From assembly GCA_000165345.1 (NCBI GenBank), contig CM000432.1, positions 256,001-320,000 on the forward strand: a DNA stretch of 64,000 bases, read 5' to 3'. A program made the position numbers and the translations under genes. This document shows positions 1 through 10,930 of the stretch, one piece after another; position 1 is the stretch's first letter, and each line of letters opens with the position of its first letter. Below the pieces are notes generated by a model. That model made no database searches and was not told the origin of the DNA. It was given only the letters and a program-made list of their open reading frames with translations.

Positions 1-1890
1 ATTTGAAATAATATTTGGGGTCTTTAAAGGTAGAACTTTAAGCTTTTTGCTAATATTATTGAGTTCATTATCACAATGAGTATCTGTCTGGATACTATTA
101 TTAACATCACTTTTCAAATCATTTCCAACATTATTTAATTGACTTTTATTATTATTATTTAAACTCAAATCTCTTGTAATAGTATTATTTAGTTCATCCT
201 CATTTCTAGCTCTTTTGTTAGAAGAACTTGTTGATTGTTGCGAAGAAATAAAGTTTGAAGTGGCCTCCTTAACTGAATTATGTACATTATTATTTATTGA
301 AGCTTTAATAGCTTTAGCATTAATTCTAGATTGTTCTCTAAGATGTTTGGGAAGATCTTTGGCTCTCAAATGTCTAACTTTTAAATCGATCGAATCTTTA
401 TAATTCTCGACTTCACTCCAATTCATAATAAAACCAACAAAATCTAATATTGCTCCTCTTAAATCTACAACTGGAGCAGTCCCTGAAGAATTTGAAACCC
501 CTGTAACTCCTGTTGAACTTGAACCATTATTGCTATTACTATTATTTAAAACTAAACCAATATACATACTTTGAGCAAAAATAAATCCATCTTTAGCTTC
601 ATCCTGTTCTTGAATAGCTTTTGGCCAAGGCCTAACTTGAAGACCCTTAAATGTTTCAAGTTTTCTGACCAAAAATCTTAATTTACTTTCAATCCATCCA
701 ATCCATTTATGAAAAGCTTGTTCATTATTTGATAACATTTTTACCTGTATAAAATGTTTATGCTTTTCAAAAAATAAAAATGGTGACCAAACATCATGCC
801 AAGTTGCTTTGTCATTTTCAATATCTTGAATTATACGATAAGCTCTTTGAAGTTCATCTGTTATTACTCCTAAAGTTGTATGTGTAACATTATGTGTTGA
901 ATTCATTGAAGGAAATGCTGGTGTAATTATAGGCATTACATGTGCTCTATCTTGTGGATTTAAATTAGGATTCCATACTCTGAAACCCATTAATCCTGGT
1001 GTATTCTTAGGTACTTCTTTAATTTCACAGAGTATTACAGGATTTTTCCACTGCCATGTTTTATATATATAAAAGAATCGATTAATTATTTGACTTGGAG
1101 CAGCATTTGGATATAATTGACAAATTCTTGCTGTTAGTATTGCCCATGATATTCCACCTAAATAACCAAGTACATTACTATATATTCCTCTTGCCTTACT
1201 CCAATGTTTTACAAATCTTAAAGCTGTTCTAAATGATTCTTTATTTGGTACAAGTTGTAAAATCATATCATTTACTCTACAACCATTCAATGATCTTGCT
1301 GTTTTATCATCCACATTTTTAAGTAAATCATCATCCAGGGTATTTAAATCATTTGGAATTCTTGATAGATTTAAACATGCAAATAATAAATCCATTTCCA
1401 TTCCATGATAAACCATCTTAATAATTGGTGTATAAGCATCAGGTACCGGTTGTACTTTTGTTACATTAATATCTTGTTGTAATTTTGCTAAAAAGAATGA
1501 AAAAAATGATTCTCTTGAAATATGTCTTGGTGCTATACATAAAGTATCAATATCAGATCCTGCTGCTACAACTCCTAATCTGTATGATCCAAATGTAAAT
1601 ATTCCTCCACCAGCAGAAAGAGCTTCTTCTTCATTCATACTATGTTCTAGACTTGCTTCATATATCCATTCTCTAACTAATTTATTTAAAGAAGCTAATA
1701 CATATTCTCTTTTTTTCATACCTTCTACACTTTCATATAAATTCTCTTGTCTCATTGCAATTATTAAGTTTTCTGTTAATTTATAATCTTGAGGAGTTGC
1801 CATAGCTTCTGATATTGGTGGAGTCACACCATATTGCTTTTTAGGTACCGAAGTTAAACCTTTAGATAATTCCAAATTTACTAGATCCAT
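1..1890 (-). CDS. Poly(A) polymerase (canonical nuclear PAP), 3' end truncated by window start
   Basis: Manual reverse-strand translation from ATG at complement(1888..1890) gives MDLVNLELSKGLTSVPKKQYGVTPPISEAMATPQDYKLT...GGGIFTFGSYRLGVVAAGSDIDTLCIAPRH...LNGCRVNDMILQLVPN. This aligns along its length with the eukaryotic PAP nucleotidyltransferase and central domains (FGSYRLGV / DIDxLC motifs). The frame runs open to position 1, so there is no stop in the window, which explains why it is absent from the ORF track. Confidence 0.85.
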   Translation of the reverse strand, partial: MDLVNLELSKGLTSVPKKQYGVTPPISEAMATPQDYKLTENLIIAMRQENLYESVEGMKKREYVLASLNKLVREWIYEASLEHSMNEEEALSAGGGIFTFGSYRLGVVAAGSDIDTLCIAPRHISRESFFSFFLAKLQQDINVTKVQPVPDAYTPIIKMVYHGMEMDLLFACLNLSRIPNDLNTLDDDLLKNVDDKTARSLNGCRVNDMILQLVPNKESFRTALRFVKHWSKARGIYSNVLGYLGGISWAILTARICQLYPNAAPSQIINRFFYIYKTWQWKNPVILCEIKEVPKNTPGLMGFRVWNPNLNPQDRAHVMPIITPAFPSMNSTHNVTHTTLGVITDELQRAYRIIQDIENDKATWHDVWSPFLFFEKHKHFIQVKMLSNNEQAFHKWIGWIESKLRFLVRKLETFKGLQVRPWPKAIQEQDEAKDGFIFAQSMYIGLVLNNSNSNNGSSSTGVTGVSNSSGTAPVVDLRGAILDFVGFIMNWSEVENYKDSIDLKVRHLRAKDLPKHLREQSRINAKAIKASINNNVHNSVKEATSNFISSQQSTSSSNKRARNEDELNNTITRDLSLNNNNKSQLNNVGNDLKSDVNNSIQTDTHCDNELNNISKKLKVLPLKTPNIISN

Positions 1891-2306
1891 TTTTAATCTA
1901 ATAATAATTAATTAATAGAATATTTATTATATATTGATTTCAATAATTTAGTTATTATAGTATTCTTTTAATACTTTGTAATATACTACTTTCTCACTCT
2001 TTTTCTTTCCCCTTTTAAATCGAGAATAATGCCAGAGATGTAACTAAATAATCCAATAATATCTTTCAAGAACAAATTTTCTTAGATTCTTTTTTCTTCT
2101 CTTGTAAAATTCTCTATATATAATAATTATACCAACTTAATTTCCTATTTTTAAAATATGAGCTTTATATTTAAATTTACTCAGTCACAATTTTAGTTTA
2201 TTATAATAATTAAAATGTTAAAATAATAATATATTATTGATATATGTATACACGAATACTATTTAATCAATGTATACTAATTATATAGAAATATTAATAT
2301 AATTAA

Positions 2307-2340
<34 letters not shown>

Positions 2341-2888
2341 ACACAAATAAGTATATAAATACAAATATAAATATATATATAAATACATATATGTATTTAT
2401 ATTTATGAATTCATATATATAAACATGTAAGAATCTATTTATTATTAAGCTTATTTTCTACTTGCTCTCAAAAATTCATCAATAGAGCCATCACGTTCTT
2501 TGTTTTGTTTTGATTAGAGTATATTATTATAAGACTATATAATGATTATGCACTTTTTCAAAGGGCCAGGATTAATTATTTATGATAAATTTAAACAAGA
2601 ATTCACTTTTATTTCTACTCTATATTAGGCTTTAAACAGCTCTTGAAAAGAAAAATCACAATTTTGATATGTTTAAACTCTTAATTTCTTTGAATTATAT
2701 CGATCACTCCTTCTTTTAATGTGAATTATCTTAATACTTTAATATTAGTAAGATATTCTTATTTAAATATAAAAAAATAAACTTCTCACAATTTTAAGTA
2801 ATTTATATTTCTTTTCGGTAATTGCATTAATTAATTATTCAACTTGTATATTGAATATATTGAATATGAACATTTTTGTCCAGAGTTA

Positions 2889-2910
2889 CCGCCAAATATT
2901 TGGCGCCAAA
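2889..2910. promoter_or_regulatory. E2F-like palindromic site CCGCCAAATATTTGGCGCCAAA
   Basis: GC-rich inverted repeat (GCCAAATATTTGGC core) in an otherwise AT-rich intergenic region, about 85 bp upstream of the ATG at 2992. It belongs to a recurring TTTGGCGCC / GGCGGGAA family seen throughout the window. Confidence 0.5.
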
Positions 2911-2991
2911 GTCAATAATTCTGTATTTATTTGACAATAAAAAAACAAATCAGGAAAAAAAAAAAAAAAAAGAAAAGTAAATAAGGGACAA

Positions 2992-3873
2992 ATGAGTAAG
3001 TTAAATGAGTTCTTTGAAAAGAAGAAACAAAAGTCGAAAGGTTTGGGTGACTTGAGTAGTACAAAGAAACCAATAATAGGAGGATTGAAAGGTGCAACAG
3101 GTGATCCAAATATATCATCAGTAATATCAGAAGGCAATATAGACGATTGGTCAATTAATACTGATGTAAAAGATACTTCAGACTTTTTAATTTCTAGTAA
3201 GAATTTATCGGTAGATGGTTTGAGAAAACCATCAAATTCTCATATGGTTGTTGCAGTAAAGACATCAAAACCTGATTTTGATTCTAATATATGGAAATCA
3301 AAGACAGGTGATTCTTCGGGAATGAATGGATTATCTTTATCAAAAAAGAATGCCGGAGAAGATGAGGATGGGAAGAATATGAATGATGAGGAGAAGGAAA
3401 AACCTAAAGAAACTTTAAAGTATAATGTAAGAGCAAGGTTAGCAGCAAGAGGACAAAAAGTTGATTTTTTGAATGCAAAGGATGCAATTAGTTCAATGCC
3501 TACGTTAGCAGCAGCAGTAGCCACTACAAACAAGCCAAGAGGTTCAAATTTGACTCCATTAAATCCTGTTGGTACATCAGGAAATGATTCAGATGCATTA
3601 GGTGTTGCAACTTCTACTAATACATTTACAGAGAAACAAGCTACTAGCACAGCTTCAGCAACAATAGTTGAACAAAAGGATAATTCATGTGAAAGTACTG
3701 ATATGAAAAATGAAGAAAAGCATTCAGAAAATGATGAGAAGAGTGATTTGGAAGTTATTAAGCAGTTGAGAAACTGTAATTTATTATATTTTAATAAGGA
3801 GGTTGTATTTAATTGTATTGTAGATATTGAACAAAGCAAATTAAAGTATTCAAATATTGTTAAAGATTTTTAA
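2992..3873 (+). CDS. Hypothetical Ser/Thr/Lys-rich low-complexity protein (293 aa)
   Basis: Intact ATG-to-TAA ORF. An A17 tract lies 20 bp upstream of the ATG, and a promoter E2F-like site is upstream. No recognisable domain. Confidence 0.5.
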   Translation: MSKLNEFFEKKKQKSKGLGDLSSTKKPIIGGLKGATGDPNISSVISEGNIDDWSINTDVKDTSDFLISSKNLSVDGLRKPSNSHMVVAVKTSKPDFDSNIWKSKTGDSSGMNGLSLSKKNAGEDEDGKNMNDEEKEKPKETLKYNVRARLAARGQKVDFLNAKDAISSMPTLAAAVATTNKPRGSNLTPLNPVGTSGNDSDALGVATSTNTFTEKQATSTASATIVEQKDNSCESTDMKNEEKHSENDEKSDLEVIKQLRNCNLLYFNKEVVFNCIVDIEQSKLKYSNIVKDF

Positions 3874-4136
3874 ATGAAATTTAAATTAGTTTAGATTATT
3901 TTTAATTTTATTCAAACAATTATTTATCAATTAATATTTTAGTGTATTTATTCGAATTTTTTTTTTAAATTTATTTCAATGATTTATATATCCGGTACCT
4001 TTATTTAGATCTTGTATACCGGCATTTACGTGGTAATAAAAAAAAAAAAAAATATTCTTTTTTTATTATTGGAAAAAAGTAGATTTTAAAAAAAGAGAAT
4101 TAATGCAAAGAATGATATGAGTAGATTATTACAAGA

Positions 4137-5792
4137 ATGAATCTCGGATCTAAGTACGAGAATTTGGAGATCCCAGAAAATATATATTCTCTTTTTGGAA
4201 GGAAGAAGTTAAAGACTAATAAAAATAGGCAAGTGGGGACCTTTGATACAGCAATTTTTAAGAATAAAAGAATACACCCTGTTTTGCAGAAAGACCATTT
4301 TAAGGCAGGCTTACTTTTTTATAAGAAAAAATATCATGAAGTGGTAACTCCAAGTCTACTTAAGAATGTATCCTTTAATAATAAAAAAAATTCTTCAATG
4401 ATAACTTCAATCTCAAGTCACAAAGGTTTGTTAGCAATAAGTAACACAAAAGGTTCTATTGGGATTTATAACATCAGTGAAGTTCTGAAATACAGAGACC
4501 TGAACAATGGTAAAGGCCCAGAATTAAAATTCCCATTAGGATATGTATTAACAGAAAAAGAACAAAACAGGGTAAAAAGAGGTCGAAGTTTTAAGCTGGA
4601 ACCTGTCAATTACTTAAACCCTGGAGAAAATGAAAATCATAGAGGGGTGATTTCTACTATTCATTTAAGTCCTTTTGATGGACAATTATTTATAACAAGT
4701 GGTTGGGATGGAAATATTAAAATATGGGATACTTTTGATGGAACCTGTGTATTTACTTTAAAATCTCGTAGTAAAATTAACTATTCGGTCATCAATCAAA
4801 CAAATCCAAATATTGTAGGCTCAGCTCTACAGAATGGAAATGTTGGGATTCTAGACTTGAGAATTGGAGGAGAATTCTCTCAGACATTATTTTTGGACAA
4901 AAAAACTACAAATCTCAATTTAGACAGACCAGATTCACCTGTTCTAAGCATAGCTTGGAGAACAGATTCTGAACACATTTTAGCCAGTACATCCCAGAAT
5001 GGTTTTATTCGACTTTGGGATCTCAGATTTGCACAACAACCTTTTCTATATATGAATAGTAATCTAACAGATTGGGAATTTGTACAAGAAACTAATAGTA
5101 TAACCCCTTTATTGATTAGACAACAAATGATCTTGGAGGAAGGGAAAGATATCCATACCAAACAAATTAATCAAGAAAGAGAACAAAAACAAATTTGGAA
5201 ACATCAAAATATGAAAATAGAGCTAAATGAAGACGAAAAGAAATTTCTCAAAATTGGTAAGGAAAGCAATTGTGAGGAAAAAAGTACCCCTAAAGAAAGT
5301 TCTAATGACTTCTTTAATTCTTATCAAAGCCATTTTGGAATTAGTGCACCCAAAACTATTGGCTATGCTCATGAAAGTGGAGTAGGGTTTTGTCAATTCC
5401 TTAAGAATGGTAGATACCTAATCTCCTCAGCTCATGATGGAACCATTAAACTTTGGAATTCTTTAAATGGAAAGAATTGTTATATTAATTATGATAATTT
5501 TGAATCTCAAACTTTCTGGGAGGGAGACGGACTAGTTGAACCAGGAATTGATGACCAAATTCAAAAATACTTTAAAAGGTTTTCAGTAGATTCTGGAGAT
5601 CAAGATACCTTATTTCATCCAAATGGAAATGATATAGGTATTTGGAATATTAGAACAGGTAAATGCTTAAAAAGACTTTCTGCACATATTAATGCTAAAT
5701 CTGTATCTGTAATTCACTTAAGTCACTACTCTAATTTAATGTTTTCGGGAGACCAAAGTGGATTTGTACATATATGGAATACCAGCTATTAG
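4137..5792 (+). CDS. WD40-repeat protein, CSA/ERCC8-like (DCAF family) candidate
   Basis: Continuous 551-aa ORF with WD repeats: HLSPFDGQLFITSGWDGNIKIWDT, ILASTSQNGFIRLWDLR, LISSAHDGTIKLWNSLNG, MFSGDQSGFVHIWNT. The order and spacing resemble human ERCC8 (…SGGSDGVIVLYDL…, [37 protein letters not shown]). The WD40 call is firm. The CSA assignment is tentative. Confidence 0.7.
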   Translation: MNLGSKYENLEIPENIYSLFGRKKLKTNKNRQVGTFDTAIFKNKRIHPVLQKDHFKAGLLFYKKKYHEVVTPSLLKNVSFNNKKNSSMITSISSHKGLLAISNTKGSIGIYNISEVLKYRDLNNGKGPELKFPLGYVLTEKEQNRVKRGRSFKLEPVNYLNPGENENHRGVISTIHLSPFDGQLFITSGWDGNIKIWDTFDGTCVFTLKSRSKINYSVINQTNPNIVGSALQNGNVGILDLRIGGEFSQTLFLDKKTTNLNLDRPDSPVLSIAWRTDSEHILASTSQNGFIRLWDLRFAQQPFLYMNSNLTDWEFVQETNSITPLLIRQQMILEEGKDIHTKQINQEREQKQIWKHQNMKIELNEDEKKFLKIGKESNCEEKSTPKESSNDFFNSYQSHFGISAPKTIGYAHESGVGFCQFLKNGRYLISSAHDGTIKLWNSLNGKNCYINYDNFESQTFWEGDGLVEPGIDDQIQKYFKRFSVDSGDQDTLFHPNGNDIGIWNIRTGKCLKRLSAHINAKSVSVIHLSHYSNLMFSGDQSGFVHIWNTSY

Positions 5793-5815
5793 TACTATTG
5801 TTGAGTAGTTTCTAG

Positions 5816-6691
5816 TCATATTAATCTACTTAGCTGTTGAATTGTATCATTTGGATTTATTACATTATGTCCAATAACTCTTTTATCATTATAGATTTCG
5901 TGATCATTTCCACCAGGGTATGTTTTATCCCCAAAGAAGTGGATTTCATCAAACTTATTCTCAACATGTCTTAAACAATATCTTTTGTCCCATCCCTAAA
6001 TGAAGAAGAAAGTTAAAAACAAATAAAATATCACTAAATTTGAATTCTAGAAATTTCTCGACTTACCTGTGGGAATACATCTATTGATATCTGCCCTCCA
6101 ATAGAATATTGAAGATCAAGATCTGAAAACTCTTTTGATAAATCCTGAATAAACTTTTCTCTGATTCCATTCTTTTTGTCAAGCTCAAAGAATTCTAATC
6201 TCTCATCATAGGAACAATTTCTTCCAATTGGGGAAATATTCAACATTCCTGTTCTATATTCAATAAATGTACCTCTTTTGATTGGAATATCTAGATCTGC
6301 AATGTATCTTAAACAGAAATTGACAAATCTCTTGATGTTATCTTCTCCCAAATGTTTTGAAATGCTTTCTGAACTCACTTTTACTCCTTCATCGTGAAAT
6401 ACAACTCCATTTTCACTAAATATATAGTGACTACAAGCTAGCTCTAAAGATCAATATTAAATAAATTCCATTATAGAATAAAAAAAAAGAAAAAGGAAAT
6501 AAATATACAGTAAACTTACCATTATTCTGTAATTGCTCACATATTTTACTATAATCTGACCCACTAACTACTCCTATCTTAACTTTGCTCTTCGCATTTT
6601 TAAGAGTCATTACCATGTCCTCCATTATTGGTTTTCGTGGTAAAGTGAGGGTCCCATCTAAATCAAACAAAAATAACTTTTTTGAATCCAT
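5816..6691 (-). CDS. Phosphomannomutase (PMM), 3 exons: complement(join(5816..5995,6067..6443,6520..6691))
   Basis: Exon 1 encodes [20 protein letters not shown]...[20 protein letters not shown] (HAD DxDGT motif). Exon 2 encodes ...[30 protein letters not shown]...[70 protein letters not shown]. Exon 3 encodes [59 protein letters not shown]. The whole is collinear with human PMM2. Introns are 71 and 76 nt with GTAAGT donors and tttag acceptors, and phases are consistent. Confidence 0.8.
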
Positions 6692-6824
6692 TTGATTATT
6701 TTTTGTGTGTAAACTCAATTTCTATTGAACATTTATCTTAAAAAATAATAATAATAATAAATATTAAGCTAAATTCAAGCTTATTTATTTTTGCAATTAA
6801 AAATAGTTACCATTTATTTTGATG

Positions 6825-6838
6825 CTTGGCGCCAAAAC
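6825..6838. promoter_or_regulatory. E2F-like site CTTGGCGCCAAAAC in the divergent PMM / MCM7 promoter
   Basis: GGCGCC palindrome flanked by T/A runs, about 225 bp upstream of the MCM7 ATG. MCM genes are classic E2F targets in other eukaryotes. The adjacent CATGCCGGTAT (6838-6850) is a reverse-orientation copy of the ATACCGG motif. Confidence 0.55.
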
Positions 6839-7064
6839 ATGCCGGTATGTAGGCTATTAAGCAAAAAAAGGCCGACCCCACACTACGATTAATATTATTA
6901 AGTAATGAGGATTTGAAATTAAGATAAAGTTGGTGAAAAATTATTAAAAGAAATTGCATTCAAGAGGTAATAAAATCAAAAAAAAGCAACGCTTAGAGAT
7001 CAGTCAGAACAATTGAATTACCCTTAGAAAGCGTATTTTAAAGTCCAAGTTGGAAAGTACTAAC

Positions 7065-9638
7065 ATGGCAATAGGAGTGGATAATGCTCACGAAAAAGTG
7101 AGAGCATACAATGATCACATTAAAGATATTCAGAATTTTTTGGAGAATTTTGAAGAATATAATGAGAATGAAAATTCAGGAGAAGATGTAGTAATGTCAA
7201 ATGCTAGGGAAGAAACGGAAAAGGAAGGATCTATTTGGAAACATAAAAAGTATATGAAATCCTTACAGAGTATATCTAATAGGGAAAAAAATGTTTTATA
7301 TATTGAAGTTGACGATATATTGAGTTTTGGAAAATACGAAAATAAAGTAACAGAGTACAATAATTTGGTTCATTCAATTTTGTCAAATACTAAGAGATAT
7401 GTACAATTGATTTATATAGCAGCAGATAATTGTTTACCGGTACCTACTCGTACAAATATGATTGATTTTAAATTAGAAGAGATGAATAATACTAAAAGAT
7501 CTGAATCAATGAAGACATGTAATGTTCCAGCTTATTTGAGATCCAATTTTGAAGTTTACATTAAAGCAAGTAAGAGAATGCCTATTACGCCTTTAAGAGA
7601 AGTTAGAGCAGAGTATGTTGGGGGTTATGTACAGGTAAATTGTATAGTTACCCGTGTTTCTAATGTGAAGCCAAGAATACAAGTAGTTAATTATACATGT
7701 GAAGTTTGTGGTTCTTCAATTTGGCAATCTGTAGAAGGTACTAATTATATGCCTTTGTCTGATTGTGAATCAAGCCAATGCAAGAATAACAAAAGAACTG
7801 GAAATTTGAAGTGTAATATTAAAGAAAGTAAATTTACTAAGTTCCAGGAGATTCGAATCCAGGAGCCTGCTGATCAAGTACCGACAGGTAATGTACCTAG
7901 AACAATGAAAGTTATAGCAATGGGAGAGAATACAAGAAAATTACTACCTGGTATGTATGTTACTATTTCAGGAGTATTTCTTCCAGTAGTAAAGGAAGGA
8001 TTCCAAGCATTCAGATCAGGTTTAACGGCAGAAACGTATTTTGAAGTTCATAATGTTCATAGTTATATTTCTAACAAAGAGGTTTCCTTGACAGATTATG
8101 AGAAGAAGCTGGTAAAGCAGATGGAAGCTGATGAGGAAAAGAAGAATAGAGAGGAAGCCCTTAACAGTTCAGGAGGTGGAGCCTATGAAGTTCTTCATTC
8201 ACAATTTTATGATAAACTAGCAAATAGTATTGCTCCTGAAATTTTCGGAATGCTGGATGTAAAGAAAGGTCTCCTTTTGCAGTTAATTGGAGGGGTTACA
8301 AATCAAATGAATGATGGGATGAAAATTAGAGGAAATATCCACATACTACTAATGGGAGATCCTGGAGTTGCAAAGAGCCAGCTCTTGAATCAAATCACAA
8401 AAATTGCTCCAAGATCAATTTATGCTACAGGAAAAGGTAGTAGTGGAGTAGGTTTAACAGCTTCCGTAGTTAGAGATCAGAACACCTCAGAAGTAACTCT
8501 GGAGGGAGGAGCCTTAGTTCTGGCAGATAACGGGATCTGTTGTATTGATGAGTTTGATAAAATGGATGAATCCGATAGAACAGCAATTCATGAAGTTATG
8601 GAGCAGCAAACAGTTTCTATTGCAAAAGCTGGAATTACTACAACTTTGAATGCAAGATCATCAGTCTTGGCAGCAGCAAACCCTGTTTCAGGAAGATACG
8701 ATCCCAGGAAATCCCCTGTGGCCAATATGAACCTCCCAGATTCTCTTCTTTCTCGTTTTGATCTTCAATTCTTACTTTTAGATATTCCTGATAAGGAGAA
8801 GGATCTTAAACTTGCTCGTCATGTACTTTACGTACATAAGAATGAAAAGGCTCCAAGCGGTGATTTTGAGCTTGATAGATCCTTATCTTCTATTCAGAGG
8901 CCTGGAATGGGAGTAAATCAAACAAGGAGCTCAGCAAAAAAAGTAAGAAGACGAAGAAACAATGATGATAGAGAAGAAGATGCTGAGAGTGAGAATCAAG
9001 ATAAATCCAAATCTGATCAAGAACAGAGGGTTTTTTCCACAGTATTTATGAGATACTTTATTGAAAAGGCTCAAACTTATACCCCATTGGTTCCAAAAGA
9101 ACTAGTTTCTGAGATTGTTGAACATTATGTTGAGCTCAGAAGAAGGGAAAAGATTGAACAGACTAGGGAAGATTGGAGAAAGACTTATACAACTCCAAGA
9201 ACTTTGTTAGGTATTTTGAGACTCTCTCAAGCCCTAGCTAGGCTCAGATTCAGTAATATAGTAGAAAGAGCTGATTTTGAGGAGGCAACCAGATTAATGA
9301 TTGAAAGCAAGAAGAGTGTTACAAAGCCAGGAAATACGAGTGGATTTTCAAATCCTGGAGCAAAGAATAAGAAGCACGATTTTAGAGACCAAATTATTGA
9401 GATTATTAAGGATTTACATAATAGACAAGCTGAGAGAACTACAAGAGGAGGTGAAGATGACGAATCAATGACTGATGGAATGATTGAGATTTCAATTTCT
9501 GAGATTGAAACAAGAATAGCTCATAGAGGGCTGCTTAAGCAGCAACTTGAGTTAGTTATTGATGAATACATAGAATTGGGAGTATTGTCCAAAAGTAAAG
9601 ATGGACAATTTATTTCATTTATCACAGATTTTTCGTAG
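7065..9638 (+). CDS. MCM7: DNA replication licensing factor MCM7
   Basis: Zinc finger CEVCGSS...CESSQC. Walker A GDPGVAKSQLL. Arginine finger region SRFDL. MCM7-specific stretches VRDQNTSEVTLEGGALVLADNGICCIDEFDKMDESDRTAIHEVMEQQTVSIAKAGITTTLNARSSVLAAANPVSGRYDPRKS, TPRTLLGILRLSQALARLRF and C-terminal ...DEYIELGVL align best with human MCM7 rather than MCM2-6. The ORF-track start at 7050 is TTG. The first ATG is at 7065 (MAIGVDN...). Confidence 0.9.
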   Translation: MAIGVDNAHEKVRAYNDHIKDIQNFLENFEEYNENENSGEDVVMSNAREETEKEGSIWKHKKYMKSLQSISNREKNVLYIEVDDILSFGKYENKVTEYNNLVHSILSNTKRYVQLIYIAADNCLPVPTRTNMIDFKLEEMNNTKRSESMKTCNVPAYLRSNFEVYIKASKRMPITPLREVRAEYVGGYVQVNCIVTRVSNVKPRIQVVNYTCEVCGSSIWQSVEGTNYMPLSDCESSQCKNNKRTGNLKCNIKESKFTKFQEIRIQEPADQVPTGNVPRTMKVIAMGENTRKLLPGMYVTISGVFLPVVKEGFQAFRSGLTAETYFEVHNVHSYISNKEVSLTDYEKKLVKQMEADEEKKNREEALNSSGGGAYEVLHSQFYDKLANSIAPEIFGMLDVKKGLLLQLIGGVTNQMNDGMKIRGNIHILLMGDPGVAKSQLLNQITKIAPRSIYATGKGSSGVGLTASVVRDQNTSEVTLEGGALVLADNGICCIDEFDKMDESDRTAIHEVMEQQTVSIAKAGITTTLNARSSVLAAANPVSGRYDPRKSPVANMNLPDSLLSRFDLQFLLLDIPDKEKDLKLARHVLYVHKNEKAPSGDFELDRSLSSIQRPGMGVNQTRSSAKKVRRRRNNDDREEDAESENQDKSKSDQEQRVFSTVFMRYFIEKAQTYTPLVPKELVSEIVEHYVELRRREKIEQTREDWRKTYTTPRTLLGILRLSQALARLRFSNIVERADFEEATRLMIESKKSVTKPGNTSGFSNPGAKNKKHDFRDQIIEIIKDLHNRQAERTTRGGEDDESMTDGMIEISISEIETRIAHRGLLKQQLELVIDEYIELGVLSKSKDGQFISFITDFS

Positions 9639-9692
9639 ATTAAAGAATAACAGAAGCTGAGATAACTAGAATAGGGAGTAAAAGTATTAGAA

Positions 9693-10892
9693 TTAGTAGA
9701 TTCGTGTATAGCATCTAAAATTATCTTGTACATTATTATTATGTTGGTTATAACTTTTATCAATTGTATCACCTAAGAATGAGTTCTTACTACTCCAAAA
9801 TCCGTATATTAAAGCTATGGACGGAATTGTCTCGGCAAAAAACGTATATAATGCAGTCCATACAGTGTTTAAAAGGATTTCTGGGTTAGAATTAACAATA
9901 CCAAATCCTCTAAGTAGGTAGTATAGACTAGAGATTAGTAATGAAATTGGGCATACTAGAGTAAGAACTTGAATCTTGAACCTGAGTTTATTAATAGAGG
10001 AACTATAGGCTTTATTATAAATAAATAATCCTGAGAGTATTGAACTATTAGAATTATTTGACGATGAAGCAGTATTAACAGTATTTGCTGTATTTGCAGA
10101 TGAATCCTGATTAAATTGTATAATAGATACCTGACCACTGTTCAACATTCCATATTGAAGGCAATTTGTACCTCTAACTTGATTAAAACCAGAATTAATA
10201 ATATTAGAGTTTGTATTCCATGTAAAATTGGCATTTTTCGAAATTAAATCTTTTTGCAAGTCCTTATGCATGGCTTGGCGCCTATTGATTTGTGTAAATA
10301 AAGATGATCCATAATGTACCCAAAAATAGGAAAATAATAAATGTAAAAGACCCATTAGAATATATAGAACATTAAAAAGTACGGGGAACTTTTGAGTAAT
10401 TAAAAGAGTAATGACTATTATTCCTCCACCAGTTAAGTATAATGCAAAATTGAGTAATGTGATGATTGTAAATTCAAAGCTTCTGGAATGTGTGAAAATT
10501 GAGCTCCATAATGCTATTACTATAGAGTAGGATGCAAGAAATACAATATTGATTAAATAATCAAACATTCTTAATATATTAAGTTTATTAATCAGTCCAT
10601 TTTCAATAAATTTGGGTAAAATATTTATTGCCAAATAAACAATAATATAAAGTAATCTGAAAATAATTCCAATAGAGAATGTACTTAGAAAATAAGGCCT
10701 AATTTTTATTCCATTGGTTTCAAATACATTTTCTGTTGTATTTGACTCTAATGCTGATAAAGATTGAAATACAGAAAGTGCACCAAGCACAAAGTAGATT
10801 AAAACCAACAAGGTATTTAAAAGCAATCCAAAAAAAGATGAGTGCCCGAATAATGAATCATCGAGTTGTGATTTGATAGGAGAGAAGTCCAT
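9693..10892 (-). CDS. Multi-pass (about 7 TM) membrane protein, family unassigned
   Basis: 399-aa ORF with real ATG. Several hydrophobic 20-residue segments (LLLNTLLVLIYFVLGALSVF, FSIGIIFRLLYIIVYLAINIL, IVFLASYSIVIALWSSIF, GGGIIVITLLITQKF, LYILMGLLHLLFSYFWV) are followed by an Asn/Ser-rich tail. It is convergent with MCM7, with stops 54 bp apart. Confidence 0.6.
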   Translation of the reverse strand: MDFSPIKSQLDDSLFGHSSFFGLLLNTLLVLIYFVLGALSVFQSLSALESNTTENVFETNGIKIRPYFLSTFSIGIIFRLLYIIVYLAINILPKFIENGLINKLNILRMFDYLINIVFLASYSIVIALWSSIFTHSRSFEFTIITLLNFALYLTGGGIIVITLLITQKFPVLFNVLYILMGLLHLLFSYFWVHYGSSLFTQINRRQAMHKDLQKDLISKNANFTWNTNSNIINSGFNQVRGTNCLQYGMLNSGQVSIIQFNQDSSANTANTVNTASSSNNSNSSILSGLFIYNKAYSSSINKLRFKIQVLTLVCPISLLISSLYYLLRGFGIVNSNPEILLNTVWTALYTFFAETIPSIALIYGFWSSKNSFLGDTIDKSYNQHNNNVQDNFRCYTRIY

Positions 10893-10916
10893 TTTTTTGT
10901 TATAATATTAGTGGAT

Positions 10917-10930
10917 GCATGTGCAATGAA
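10917..10930. promoter_or_regulatory. GATGCATGTGCAATG (TGCATG-type) motif just upstream of the membrane-protein ATG
   Basis: GCATG/TGCA palindromic core, recurring in several promoters in this window (see 40082, 27341, 31615, 43967). Confidence 0.3.

Noticed and set aside
215-403. 62-aa plus-strand ORF
   Set aside because: It is antisense to the well-supported poly(A) polymerase coding region.
3240-3839. 199-aa minus-strand ORF antisense to 2992..3873
   Set aside because: It lies wholly inside the sense gene, has hydrophobic low-complexity composition typical of antisense reading of an AT-rich gene, and has no promoter space.
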